A stretch of DNA of 64,000 nt. Source: Azolla caroliniana (lineage: Eukaryota > Plantae > Polypodiophyta). Location of the stretch: NCBI GenBank assembly GCA_043228905.1, contig JBHGNT010000002.1, positions 26,350,001 through 26,414,000 on the forward strand, given 5' to 3'. The position numbers and the translations under genes are program-made. The first letter of the stretch is position 1; every line of letters begins with the position of its first letter. The notes under the pieces are model-generated. The model did no database searches. It saw nothing but the letters and a program-made list of their open reading frames with translations, and was not told the origin of the DNA. Below are positions 1 through 13,100 of this stretch, piece by piece.

Positions 1-510
1 CCAAGTTTGCCAGTTCTTAGCCCATTCTGTATACTTGTTTAAGAAATTCCATATGTGTTTATCTTGCTTGTCTCTCATGGATAATGCTGGAAAGGGAAGG
101 GGGGGCTCCCTTGTGGGTGTTCTGCTGGTGTGATAAAGTGCCATCCTATACCCTTTGACTGTAGTCTTACGCAGAGTGTATGAGAGAATGAGGGTTAGCT
201 ACATTTTATATTAAATTAAAACTGTAGTTCTCTAAGCGAAGTTAGTCTTCACTTCAAGCCACTGAAATTTATCTGCATCTGCTCCTGCTGTATCATTTCA
301 TCTGTTTTAAAACGTCATCTGTACTCTACTATTGTCATTTTTCATGTTGCATCCTTTATAGCACACACAAAAATGTAGAAAATTTTGGAATTGTAGGCAT
401 TATTAAAAGCCAGTGAGATACATGGAAAATGAAAATTTATGTGAAACTATATGCTTTTGTTACAGCTTCAAAGTCTCGTTTATTAATAATATATATATTT
501 TATTTGGCAG

Positions 511-735
511 GATGAAAATCATCGGTGTGAGGAAAGGGAGTGGGTTGGATTGTCTTATCGGGTTCACTATTTTGACTTTGTTGTCAATGATGAAAAGTAT
601 CTTATATGGGGTTTGACTGCGTCAATATTAATACGGTGTGCATCGATCGTTTATCAACGATCTCCAGAGTTTGTTGATTCACCAGCATTTGTGCCCATCA
701 CCAACCATGTTCCGATACAATCCTCTCATGGATAA
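511..735 (+). CDS. Nudix hydrolase, CoA pyrophosphatase type (NUDT15/NUDT22-like), last exon only
   Basis: Acceptor ttggcag|511 is followed by DENHRCEEREWVGLSYRVHYFDF...YLIWGLTASILIRCASIVYQRSPEF, stop at 733-735. IWGLTAxIL and EEREW match the C-terminus of plant CoA Nudix enzymes. Upstream exons lie outside the window. Confidence 0.85.
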   Translation, partial: DENHRCEEREWVGLSYRVHYFDFVVNDEKYLIWGLTASILIRCASIVYQRSPEFVDSPAFVPITNHVPIQSSHG

Positions 736-2199
736 CGATGACGGTTGTGGTAGTTCTTAGTTAATGATAAAAATATGATAACTTGAATCTATGAGCAAAT
801 AAAGCTATAATAAGTCACAACTTGCTCTGTTTGATCAAAGCAAAATGTGAAAGGAATTCGTAGGATAAAATTGATTGCCATCTACTTAATGTTCACAAAG
901 AATATGTTCCTCTTAATCATGGATCATGTTCTTTAATACCAAGAAACTGTAACACTTGAATTTTATTCAATCTTTGTTAACATCAATGTTTATTTGGAGC
1001 TCACACAATCAAGTTCAAGACACTCCATGGAGGTTATCTTGGGATTTTTGTTTTTTATTAATAGAGATTGTATTTTAGAGTGGTAGACTCTTCAAAAAGA
1101 ATCACCAAACAATGGTGTAAAAATTATATTGTAGTTCTCAATAAATATTTTGGTCAATGTCTAAGTGACCTTTTAATCGATAACCTTTGATATCGAAATG
1201 ATTAACTAGTTTGGACGAACTAATCGCAGTTTGAGTGTTTTTTAATTATCAAACATTGGTGTAAAAGATATATCGCATTGCTAACTTTTGAAAAATCTAT
1301 TTGCTTCAAAAAGGCAAGAATTGAATAAGAAGGCTATCATTGCACAATCTGACTTTAGAAGAACTAGAAAGTAAGATATACAAATAGGTAAAAGTCCGCA
1401 CAATAAGGTATATATGTTCTCTTATGAGTCAAATACCTCCTTAAAATCAAGATGAAACTTCACCTAAGTTTGCTTGGATTCATACCCTTTGATAGTATCA
1501 CATTTACCTTTATCCTTAACTATAATAAATTATTAGAGTGGAATTTGTAGTTTTGATGGCTTTTATTATGCTCATCTTAACTTAAAAGCTAATAATTACG
1601 GAATGCTTGATTTTGAGCTTCAAGCATAGAGGTAGCATCATTAATGTATTGATAAGTCGTAAAACTTTTGATGTTATTCAAAATGAAACTAATTAACGAT
1701 TAGTGCGACCTTTGTTCTTCTAAAGAACTTTGTTGAGCATAAATTTCAGTATCAACACTTCCTTTATTGAGCATATGATACAATGTATGTTCTTTTTAAG
1801 TACCATTAAGGAATGCTTGAGTTGACACATCCATTTCGTATAACATGCAAATATCCTGTTCACAATAGTTGGTGGCTATATAAGCAAGTGTTTCAATGCA
1901 ACAATTTGAATTGTAAAGTGAAGATTGTGCTTATTGCCTACTTTCACACTACTAAACAAACATGAAGAATGTTATATTCTCGAGTTTTGATCACATTTGT
2001 GTACTGACAATGTTCCATAACACCAATCTTGGAATACTTTTCTTCATCCATAATTGTTGTAATAATTTTACTTCACAAGCATATACATAGGAGCCCATTT
2101 CTTGGAAGAATGCACCTTTAACTTTTTATGATGCGTCATGATCAATTTTCTTCACATGGGATCTAAAAAATGTGGAGATTCAAGTTTTTCATATTAATA

Positions 2200-3060
2200 T
2201 CTTTGGTATTGAGGAACTTGATCCTAGTTTACATTGTATTAAGTAAAGCAACCTCGGTAGGAGATACTTTAATTCGAAGGCCAATTTTTTATGTTGAATT
2301 CCAAGAATGGACTTGTTGGAATGATATATCTTTGAGGTTCCAACTCCTACAAGTAGCAATATTTGAACATCCATGGATGGAAAGGTTAGTAGAAACCTAA
2401 AGCTAGAATGTCCCATCAAACATGAAGTGTGTCTGCTAGAGGCGGAATTTGGACACATAAACGTTTGATACAAAAAAGTATGGGAACAATAAAACTTGTA
2501 TTTTCTTAATGGGACAATAATCACACACATTTCTTTTATTATTTTACCACAAAAAAATTGTACACATTTCAACCATATCACTAGTGACATTATATTGTTC
2601 CAACTCATCAACTTGTGTTTTTACTAGAAATTATGCACTTAATGCTCCATTTCTAGTCATTAACCTTTTACACTACTTAGAGAATCCATCCAAAGTTTCA
2701 AGCATAACAAGCACTAAGTCTCCAAACATCATATTAAATTAGACATTCTATCAATCATTATGACTCTTATTATTATTACAATGCTATCCAAATGAGTTTG
2801 AATCTTAAATAGTCCATTCTTGAGATACACATGTACATTGAATCTCATGTTTTTTGGGACTAGGAGTCAAAGAAACTCTGGTTGAATGGAGTGCTCAAAA
2901 TATGAGCTCCAAAAAGTTCTGATCTCAAAAGTCTTGTTTAGAGAATTTTTTTTGCCCAACTTAAGGTTGACATCCATTGTCGTGAAGATTTCCGACTACG
3001 GTGAGAAACTCGGGTAGGACAAAAAAAATGGGGATGTGCAACATTGCACATGCACTTGTA
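2200..3060 (-). mobile_element. Possible highly degraded LTR-retrotransposon gag/protease remnant
   Basis: The minus strand gives a degenerate zinc-knuckle-like CMCNVAHPHFFC near 3020-3060, then weak protease-like fragments (VIMID; SCLMG) with many stops. It lies next to an LTR-like island. Confidence 0.25.
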
Positions 3061-3380
3061 AATTTGTATAATGAGAAAAAGATAACAAATGTAAGGGGAA
3101 GGGTAATAATCTAAGGTGCTAAAGGTGCACCATGAGGTTCGTAGAGGCATAAAGGTAATGTGCACTTTGTAGAATAGAGGAAAGTACATGAAAAGAAAGG
3201 GTGGAAAGGATGTAAGAAGCTTGTGTAAAAAGTAAGAGAGGAGAGATAAAAGGTAGAGGGGAGTTAGGCTAAGAATTTATAGAGATAGAATTATATATTA
3301 TATAAGAGAGAGTTAATGGGCTAATGGATAGTCACATTAAGTTTTAGCTGGAGGTGCATTGTTCGAATCTAGTCTTATAG

Positions 3381-4317
3381 TGTAGCGTGGTTTAAGGAAT
3401 TTTATTCCTTTTTGCATTAAAGACGAAATTGGCGACCCCCCTTCTTCTTTTTTCCTATAAAAGGAGGTTGAGGGGGCTCATTTTCGGGGGGAGGACGCTT
3501 TGGGAGGAGGAGACTATCGCCATTTTTCCTTCGGAGCTCTTCATCATCTTCTTCACCACTTCTCTTCATCTCTTCATACCCCTTCATCCCCTCATCGCCA
3601 TGTGCTCGTCTTCTTTGCATTGGCACTCGAAGTGCTCGTGAGCCCAAGCTTCGTTGGTTCGACATTGCTTCGCCCCGTTCGTCGTTGCGAGCCTGTGTGC
3701 TCGCCGTTCGGGTGGTCGTGGTTTGTTGGGGTTGGCATTTTGGTGGTGCTTGTGTGTTCATCTTCGCCGTGGTCGGTTTTGCTCTTGTCTCTAAGAGCAT
3801 TTAGTATTTATGTTTTGATTGAGTCGGTGGTTAGCTAGAAGTTACTGTTGTAATCAAACCCTATTTATAAAGGGGCCTCTTGCGTTGGAATCGAACACGT
3901 ATTTACTCCTTTGGCCGATATCATTCGTGTTCCTTCTTTCTTTCTTTCTTGTTCGTGTCTTCCTTGTACGTTCGGCTGTCTTGTGACAAGGGAGCGTTTC
4001 GGGCGTGCCCATGTACCTCTCCTCCTCATAAAGACGTACGGGCATTTGTGTTTGTGTTATTGTCCCCTTGGATTCGTAGAGTGAGGATTTGTAGAGTGAG
4101 GATTCGAAGAGAGGATCCGTAGAGAGGGTTCGTAGAGTGAAGATTCGTAGAGAGGATTCGTAGAGTGGGTTTGAAGAGTGCTTTATATTTATAAGATTTA
4201 AAATAAATAAATAAATATTTATCCCTTGAGTACTCCCTAGTCCAAGACCCTCGTGGTCCCACCCAAGTAACACACGCGCGCGAAACTTCGCGACACCGTT
4301 TCAATTGTTCTATAACA
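3381..4317. repeat. GC/CpG-rich LTR-like repeat island with internal 13-15 bp tandem array
   Basis: Sharp compositional shift. Begins TGTAGC and ends ATAACA. TATA-like motifs near 3456 and 3865. (GGATTCGTAGAG[TG]A)n array at about 4070-4180. No TSD or PBS found. Confidence 0.4.
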
Positions 4318-6744
4318 AGAGGCTCAATATTTTTATCGAACAAGAACTTTTAAATGTGTGGCTACTTTAATTGTGATGTCCCATCTCATAAAAACATCAG
4401 TTTCCTTTCTGCTTTAGTTATTTTGCAACTAGAATGGGAGAAGACACCTTAACTAATAAAAATAAAGGGAAAGCTTAGAGTTTGAGAAAGAATATATTAT
4501 CATTCTCAAAATTATATTCATGTGCTTGGCCAAGAAGTCAAGAAATCTCTCTCACTCGAGAGATCAAGATAGTTTTGATCTGCACATTGAACCTGTGCTA
4601 GCATGCTCTTCTTATCATGGAGATGCTAACAAGCTCTTATCTAACATGGATCTAAAGTTGAGTAATAGTACTTGCATTAATATTAGATATTGGGAAATTT
4701 ACGAGAGACGTGGTGCCATGGCATTGATGCACACATGCTCAGAAATAGGAAAATACGAACTTGGAATTGGTTGAACATTGAGTAGAAAAAGTGAACATGT
4801 GACCTATGGGCCTCAACGTACCAAAAATAGAACATGTTAGGAAAGCTAATACAACCTTTTAGAAATTCGATGATATCTTAGGACTGAATCAATGCCCACA
4901 CCACTAAAGCATGTTGGTTGCTCATCTACTTGCCATGAACATGGTCCCATTCCATGTATGACGACTAATCTCCCATAGTCCAAACATTTTTTAACACCCA
5001 TAGGGAATTGAAATTCACCCTATAGGTCTAGTTGATCCCATAACCAAGATTAAATTTGGGTTTTCTTCATTTTAAATACATACACATAGGAGGGTTTGAA
5101 CTTTGTACTACAAATGCCTTTATCTAGGATGACCATCGTGTGTGAATTTCTCTAGGATGGATGAACTCTTCAATGATATGATTGAACAAAATAGAGTTTA
5201 AACATGTTTCAAGCCTAAACAAAGTAGTGTTCATGAAACAAGGTATAGTTCAAGGGCATGTAGTTAATTGTTTCTTTCAACATCCTGGGCCCTTGACAAA
5301 GTCAATTGTAATAGTATTTTGAAAATGGTAAAACACATACCTATATCTAGTCATTTGACGGTTTTGAAAGCACGCATTTATGTGAGAAATTAACATGCCA
5401 ACTCAAAACAACATATCAGTTTTCTAATACATTTTTCACAATGGGAATTAATAAGTGTGTCCACTCTTGCTCGTCCTTGAGGTAGATAGCTTTACATGCT
5501 GTTTTAGAATCTGTGAGCAATATTTGGGCTCTCTACAATGACAATATATCCACCTGTGTATCAAAACAATACTGCAAAATTAATAGAAAAATTATGTGAA
5601 AGCAAGGTTCTGCTCATTCAAAATCTCACACCAAAGAGAAATTCTTGAGAACATATCTAAACCTGAATGAATATGAGGGCCACAAGTCAATGCTAGGAGA
5701 GAGCGGTCTCAAATTTATTGTTGAAAACATATTTATCATTAGAGCTAAAAAAAATTCATCATTCTGATGACAATTATTTTATATAACTTTGAGAAAAGAC
5801 AGCATACTTTCTCAATATCTAGGAATTAGAACCATTTTGTGTTCAACTTCCCCTAATATAAAGTGTCGGTGCAAAAGTCTCAGTTGTAATGGAAACCCTT
5901 ATTCATCAAGACAACATAAATGACAGGAATTTTCTAATTAATAACACTTTCAGTTGAACCCGTCATTGCAGACTCCAACCAGATCCAAGACTCTGATGAT
6001 GTCATTGAAACTCAAGAAAAAAGGATAGGGAAGTAAAGATATGTATGATTATAAAAGAAAAAAGTTGCTACACAAGAGTATGCATATCTAGCCCCCAATG
6101 AAAATGCAAAGTAAAATTGGTGAAGTACATGTCACACCATAAGTTTATCAATATACATGTACCAAGAAGTTAATGAATGACAAGACATACATAAATTGAA
6201 ATACTATATGCACCGTAATGTAGCAGTAAAAGAATGTCTTGACTCTTACATGAAAACAAGATGTCATGAATCCTATATGCTATTTAGGTAAATTCAAACA
6301 TAAATGATGTCGCTACCTAACATGTGTTTTAAGATGCAAGTTTTCGGACTCGACACATGTGGAGAAGGGTTTGAAACCCAGCAAACAGCTACATAAAAGC
6401 AAAAACCCATTACCTACCATGTTAATATTTCCGAAGGTTCTCAAGGGGAAAAAGATCCAGAAATAAGGCTTTACTTGTACAAAAGCATTGAAAATGGAAA
6501 TGAAAAGAAAAAGCATCCTGTCCCTTACAAAAGCATTAAAACCAAAGTGGTGGGCATCAAGTGCATGAACTCAGGTTTCCATGTATATACGAGATAGCCA
6601 CTGGACAGATACAACATATTCATTCTTCAACCGGAAAGAGTCTCATCATAACCAATACTCATTTGCTTATACATATGGATGGATTGCATTCTCATAGGCA
6701 ATCAAAAGTCATAGAAAAGAATAAGGATTTCACATCTATAAAAA

Positions 6745-7446
6745 TCAACTAGTGACAAACCTTCGTACAGGGAGACTTTCCGATATCTTCATCAAAGAAG
6801 AGATTTTAAGCTCAAGCAACTCCATCCTATCTTTGAGACTACTCTCTGACATCTTGAGTTTTCCAATCTCCATGTCTAGCGAATCTGTTCGTTCTTTCTC
6901 CTTTTGGACTGCTCGCAGAAGCTCTCTCACAAGGACATCTATATTACCCAAGTTGTTGCTATTACCATCAATACTTTGGGATATCAGCTGTAGAGAATTA
7001 AAACTTGCTTTTGGGGACTCTACTGCTATGTTCCTATCTTCCACCATTTGTATTCTCTCTTTCAAAAATCTCTCAGATAACTCTAATATTCTCACATCAT
7101 TCTCTAGCTTCATGGTTCTTTCCCTCTCCATTTGCACTGCTTTTTGAATATCCATTATAAGAGATTCAAGCACATCATACTTACCATCGGTGAGGTAAGA
7201 CCTTTGGAAAGGAGAATTAACATATGACTGGGGAGTTGATGATAACGAGCTATCTTTGAAGGTCTCCTGAGATTTTGGCTTCATATCGTTACCGGTTTTC
7301 TTCATAGGGCGTTGAATCATACCCATCCATGGAACTATGTAAGGTAATAAAACGATGAAAACAACACTGAAGATGAATAAGTAGACCAAATAATTTGCAG
7401 GTGTGTTCGCTGGTGGAGTATTCGATGGTCGAGCATCCCTATTCAT
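6745..7446 (-). CDS. Uncharacterised single-pass membrane protein with duplicated coiled-coil module (233 aa)
   Basis: Uninterrupted 702-nt ORF in AT-rich DNA. Hydrophobic YLVYLFIFSVVFIVLLPYIVPW segment, then two homologous heptad blocks. A CT-rich leader (minus strand about 8420-8560) and a strong AAG|GTAAGC donor at 8312/8311 suggest a spliced 5' UTR. Confidence 0.6.
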   Translation of the reverse strand: MNRDARPSNTPPANTPANYLVYLFIFSVVFIVLLPYIVPWMGMIQRPMKKTGNDMKPKSQETFKDSSLSSTPQSYVNSPFQRSYLTDGKYDVLESLIMDIQKAVQMERERTMKLENDVRILELSERFLKERIQMVEDRNIAVESPKASFNSLQLISQSIDGNSNNLGNIDVLVRELLRAVQKEKERTDSLDMEIGKLKMSESSLKDRMELLELKISSLMKISESLPVRRFVTS

Positions 7447-7781
7447 AATTCCCCAACAAGAAAGGTTCGATTTCTTACCGTCTTTCCTCTTTTAGACTAA
7501 TTGAGATTCTTATCATTATCCTCAATATATATGACACTAAAGGGACAGATTTATGGCCAGTGGTAGGCGTTTCCTTTGCTGTTGTGGAGACAAAAGAATC
7601 ACTTCTTGCTGAACAAAAACTTGTCTTGGTTGTGAATATACTTGTTGTATGTAAGAGAGTTTTCCTCAATAGTTCATCATCGTGTCCCTACATGAAGATA
7701 ATCTGTAATGAGAGACCTCCAACAGAAACTTGGATCTACTGCATTTGATGTATCATGAAACCTTCGATCATTGCATTCAAT

Positions 7782-8080
7782 ATGGCGTAATGTTAATTTT
7801 CTTCAAATAATAAATTTGTTTTCCAGTTAAACAGCTTGTAACAAGTGTCTTACTATGAATATTGATTCTGTGCAACCATAGCCAGTTTCCTGTTCTTAAG
7901 TATAAAGAGAAAATGTTGGATACACACACACACACACAATGGCGTAATGTATTTTTTTTTTCAAATAATTAAAAGATTTTTCCAGTTAAACCGTTGGTAA
8001 GAAGTGTCTTACTATTAATGTTGATTCTGTACAATCATATCCAGTTTTCTGTTCTTTAAGTACAAAGAGAAAATGTTGGC

Positions 8081-8118
<38 letters not shown>
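7782..8118. repeat. Diverged ~155-bp tandem duplication, each copy ending in (CA)n
   Basis: atggcgtaatgt...aaagagaaaatgttgg(AC)n occurs at about 7782-7938 and again at about 7939-8118. Confidence 0.85.
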
Positions 8119-8121
<3 letters not shown>

Positions 8122-8217
8122 TACAAAGTGTCACACATACCTAGAAAGAGAGGTTTATACACAAGATCCTTCAGAAAAAAACACAACAAAACTACTCGAA
8201 CTGAAAATACACACACG

Positions 8218-8218
8218 C

Positions 8219-8285
<67 letters not shown>
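8218..8285. repeat. Compound (CT)n(CA)n microsatellite
   Basis: Read directly from the sequence. Confidence 0.95.
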
Positions 8286-8287
<2 letters not shown>

Positions 8288-9789
8288 AACATAATGTTCA
8301 TGATTGCTTACCTTTAAAGAAGGAAGCATATATCCGCAAAACTGAGCCGCCTGTTAGTTTAAGGATCTTCATCTGCAAGAACAGATTCCATGAAGACTCA
8401 AAAGAAAAATCCACAATGAAAAGGAGGAGGAGGTGAAGGAAGAGAAGACAGAAGAAAGGAGAAAGAAGGAAGACAGAGAGGAAGAGGGATGAGGAAGGAG
8501 AAGGAGAAGGAGAAGGAGAAGGAGAGTGAAGAAAGAAGAAGGTGAGAGTAAAAAGAATAAAACAAATGGAATTTCTTTTATTTGAGAATGATAGCGAGTT
8601 GCTCGAACAAGAGGAAGGTCGTATCTCGAAAAGCCTCATTTCTCGAAAGAGAGGTCGTGAGTTCAAATCCTACCAAAGCCACCCCATTTCTCATGGGCTA
8701 AATTTTGTCTTACAAGAAAACGTATCAAAATATATAAAGTTTTAGGAAGCCTTGAATGTGAATGTGAATGTGAATATGAATATGAACATGAATGAATTTA
8801 AAGAGTATTTATATATACTCTAACATGTCACAAAACGTGGTGCTTACGTACGTATTTGTTTTGACCTTGATTTGCAAGGGTTGTAATTGGTGGGATGTAG
8901 TATGTTTCTTGAATTTGCTTGGGTTCTTTATGCACACTCATACAAAATGCGAGCAATTATGTTGTAGAATAACTCAAATAAATGCCGAATACAAGCATTC
9001 ACGAATGCAAGCAACTATCAAGATTCTAGAGAAGGACAAGTTTTGATGTTTGCATTTTTATTTTTATTTTAAAAATAAACAACACAAATATTAGGCTTCA
9101 AACTTAAGAACGATGTCTCTTCGTCTTGCCCAAATGAGAAATGGAAAATATTTTAGAGATGGTTTCAAGGGTTCAAACTCAAAACCTCTGTTGCACAAGA
9201 CGGAAACATCAACATTGAACAAAGGTTCTTATTCTTTGTTTAGTTAGAGGCCAAAATTCCAAATTGTTGTGTTTTACCCTACAACATTGATGAATTTCTT
9301 CTTATGTCCATTCCATGACACCACACCTCCTACATTTCCCTTTGAGCCATAGATGCGCTTTTATTTTCTATCAATGTATATGTCTAACAATAATAATAAA
9401 AAGATAAACTATGATTGTCGTCAAACAAGTGAAGATTATTCTCTAACACCGCTTTTGTTGTTGTGTGCCTCAGAAATGAATCTTGAAACAAGTAAACAAG
9501 TAATGATTTTGGTAGGCTTTCCCTTAAGACATTTATGTGAGAAACGTATTCTCGAAGCATTAGATGGGTCAAAGATGCATATGGGAATAAAAAGGCTTTT
9601 TTGAATCACATGACTTTGTTATACACTTCCATAAGAATACACATATATCACACTCCATGAGAGAATAATGGGTCCTACATTCCTCAACCTATCTTACAAG
9701 TTACATCTCTTTCGAACTATTACCAATAAGTATATTTTTTATAAAATCCAAATTTGGCATATATGATATTCTTCTGATCATTCTTTTTA

Positions 9790-10102
9790 GGGAAAAGTAC
9801 CAGGATACCCCTGGAAGTTCGTGTATTTACCAGAATGCCCCCGAAAGTTCCAAATTTACCAAACTACCCCTATGTCCAAAAAAATACACTTTATAAAGTA
9901 AGTACAAAGGACCCAAAGAATCTCTTAAGTAAAGAAATTTGTGTTTTAAGGGTATTATGGTAAATAGGGCTTGTAGATTTGAGTGTATAATTATTTTATA
10001 AAGTGTATTTTTTTGGACATAGGGGTAGTTTGGTAATTTTGGAACTTCCAGGGGCATTCTGGTAAATAGACGAACTTCCAGGGGTATCCTGGTACTTTTC
10101 CC
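9790..10102. mobile_element. Mutator (MULE)-type MITE, 313 bp
   Basis: Near-perfect TIRs of about 108 bp (GGGAAAAGTACCAGGATACCCCTGGAAG... / ...CTTCCAGGGGTATCCTGGTACTTTTCCC). Perfect 9-bp TSD TTCTTTTTA at 9781-9789 and 10103-10111. Long G-starting TIRs with a 9-bp TSD are the Mutator signature. Confidence 0.93.
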
Positions 10103-13100
10103 TTCTTTTTATTTGGTAATCTCAAGGTACAATGGTTTTGTATTATCAAGTAAATGAATATATATATATGCCATTTGAATTGTGATGCCCTTAAAAAAGG
10201 GAGGAAATCATAGAATATTCGACCATGGTAGTCTAGATGTATGTGTATTTAGGAGACCAAGTATAGATGGAGTCAACCTAGGTTAGCTAGTACTCAAGGG
10301 TGTGCACTGTGTATATGAGAGTTTGGAAGTCAATGTGTGGTCCATCATGGATGTTCTACATGTGACATATTGGATTCAAGAAATCATCATAAAAAGTATG
10401 CCCTCGGTAGTTTGGATGGATAGATGAGTCAATATCTTTTTAACATCTATGTGAGACCAATTACAATCTATTGGATGGGGCCAAACCCATGGCAAGGATT
10501 GAACTTTTGGTGGACCATGTGGGGAAGTTAGGGGTTTTTCGAGACTTTCCTTTCATTGATTAGTTTGATGGAGCTTAGCAAAATGTTGGCATAAATTGTA
10601 TCTTCACATTGTCATCCCTTGTAGAGCTATAGTATATCCTTAATTATAACATTTCATGCAACAACCTATATGGCAACATCTCCTTAGAATTTTTGCTAAC
10701 TATTTTCCCACATTGGTTTTCACTTGGGGCATGGTGGTTTGGACATCACTTGTTCGTGATGCGTTCCATTATGACGTTGAATCTATGGACCAATGGACCA
10801 TAGATTTTACACTAAATCTGGAAGTGTTCATGCATTACCATTGTTGTCATTACAGTTTCTAGGAATACGGAAGGAAGTCCAACCAATATGGGAGATATTG
10901 AGTAGTACGATTGTATATCACATCTAGAAGGCTCAATGATCTCTCGTTTTCCATCAACTTAAAACATCACTAGCTGAATTGGTTTCAAATATTTGGTTAG
11001 ACATAGTTCATACTTTGAAGGGTCAATGGGATGGTATATTTGGAAATTCTAACGCTAAAATTGCTCAACAACGTGACTTTCTTATCATCTAGACAACTGC
11101 TCCATTCATGACATCCAATTACAACACTCCTTATTGGCATTTTCTACCTATGAAGTGGTTGTTTCCCTCACCGATCACATAAATTTTAAAATCTTGTAAA
11201 ATGTTTACACTAATGATAGGATATCTTCTTTAAAATAAAACAAAACATTTCATACAACAAAGCATTACACTTCGACTGCATCCATTATTAGATACCTTGA
11301 CAGTAAAATAATGCATTATACAACATCCTTGATCTTGCTTCTTTCCATGCTCAATAGACATATTATATAGGCCTCAATTATAAAGCTTTTACCCAAACAT
11401 CCCACTTGTTAAATGAAAATCTCTAGAACCAAATCAACCATGTCTATATTTTGGTCATGAGGATTTATTGCATGCGGCATGCACATATCCCTAAGAAATT
11501 GTGATATAACCATTGTATACAACAAATGAAATAAGTCACTATGTGCGGAAGTGTAATGTGATGATGCATCTACTTTATGAACCACTTTAATAAAATAACC
11601 CATTCATATTTCAACCTTTTAGAAGAATCATCTAGTACATGAATTACACGCATCGCACATGCACCAAAAAGTTTTTGTTCTATTTGTATGTCTGTTTGTC
11701 TATCTTACTGACTCTCTTTCTCACACACATAGATTCCAACTTTCATAATAATCAACTATTTCATATGGTATAATAGAAAATTACAAATTTAATTGAAAAT
11801 GCTCTCATGAGCAACATTCTCAAGTTCATATTGTATCCAAACATTGCACCGGGTTACCGGATGACATGGTAAATTTCATTTATGGATTTGGATTTCACGA
11901 TAGAAAGTATCCTTACTCTAACGATTTGTGCCACTTACCATGTCTTCTCCATTCACAACCGTCTTTACTAATGGTGACTAAGGTCAAGTTGTAACAATGC
12001 ATCAAGACCAATCCTTAGATGCATGACCACGTCTCCTAATAGCTCGCTCTAACCACGCAAAGAAACGAAATGTCAAGTTGCACAAGCTTTAACACATTTT
12101 ACAAACTTATCCTCTCACCTCATAGAGAATATTTAGTTATGGTCGTGGAGACCCGTGGTTTATTCTCACATGCTTCTTGATTATTACAAATCTTAATCAT
12201 AGTAGTAACACGTGTGATAAACGCATGGACTCACAGTTAATGTCAACTCAACCTTGCCCACAAGTAGTTCTTCTCAAGTCCATCCAACTAAGCGACGGGT
12301 TATCCATAGGAAAACACTATCAACATCCTTTGCTTTATGCAACTAGCTAAGTATTATATATAAGTATCCAATAAATGGAGATTTGGTGATGGAACTAGTA
12401 GGTATATAATATTAGCACCTATTGCAACTAGTTAATATATGGTATGCCAATCTAATAAATGGGGATTCCATAATTACAATATGCAAATTGGAATATGATA
12501 TGTAATTATCCAATAAATGGAGATTCCGTAATGGAACTTTGAAGGGATACTAGAAGCATCTATTGGTAATACACAACAAGAAAATTTTGAACTCCCAAAT
12601 TTGAGAATCAAGATTCTTTTATGTGTAGGTTACAAATGAAAACGTGTTGTTTCGGTTGGAAGCTTCCATAGGCCATAGATGGATGATAATAAAATCCATC
12701 ATCTAATAACTCTAAGAATTCAAAGATGGAGGATATCTATGATGTCAGCTCATTTCACATCTATATTTATGATTATGTAGTCAGGAAAAGGAGAACTAAT
12801 TATTCCCTTCCTACTATTTAGAACTATGAAGAGCCTAGAATCGTGCTAAATATGCATTGGGAGCAAATTTTCTAGGGTTCATGTTCTTAAAATTTTGAAT
12901 CCAACAAGAGTTCCCCTCCATAATGGGAGTGCAATTCAATAAATGATTAATGTGTCTATGAGGAAATACCGTAAAGGTCAATACAATGTGACAATAGGTT
13001 CTAGGTGCAACATATCGTATGTTTGCTTGATCTTGATCTAGCTTCAAGCTCAAGACATAGCCAAAGTATCGCAAAACTCATATGAAAACCATTACTCGGA

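Noticed and set aside
4070-4180. CRISPR-like array
   Set aside because: The units are 13-15 bp and contiguous with no unique spacers, and the context is eukaryotic with no cas genes.
8640-8680. tRNA-like B-box fragments (also near 3360 and 30185-30275)
   Set aside because: Too short and degenerate to delimit; probably SINE debris.
7986-8745. Short ORFs rich in CV, HT, SP or ER repeats (similar ones at 21292, 23415 and 43083)
   Set aside because: They are translations of microsatellites or GA-rich leaders.
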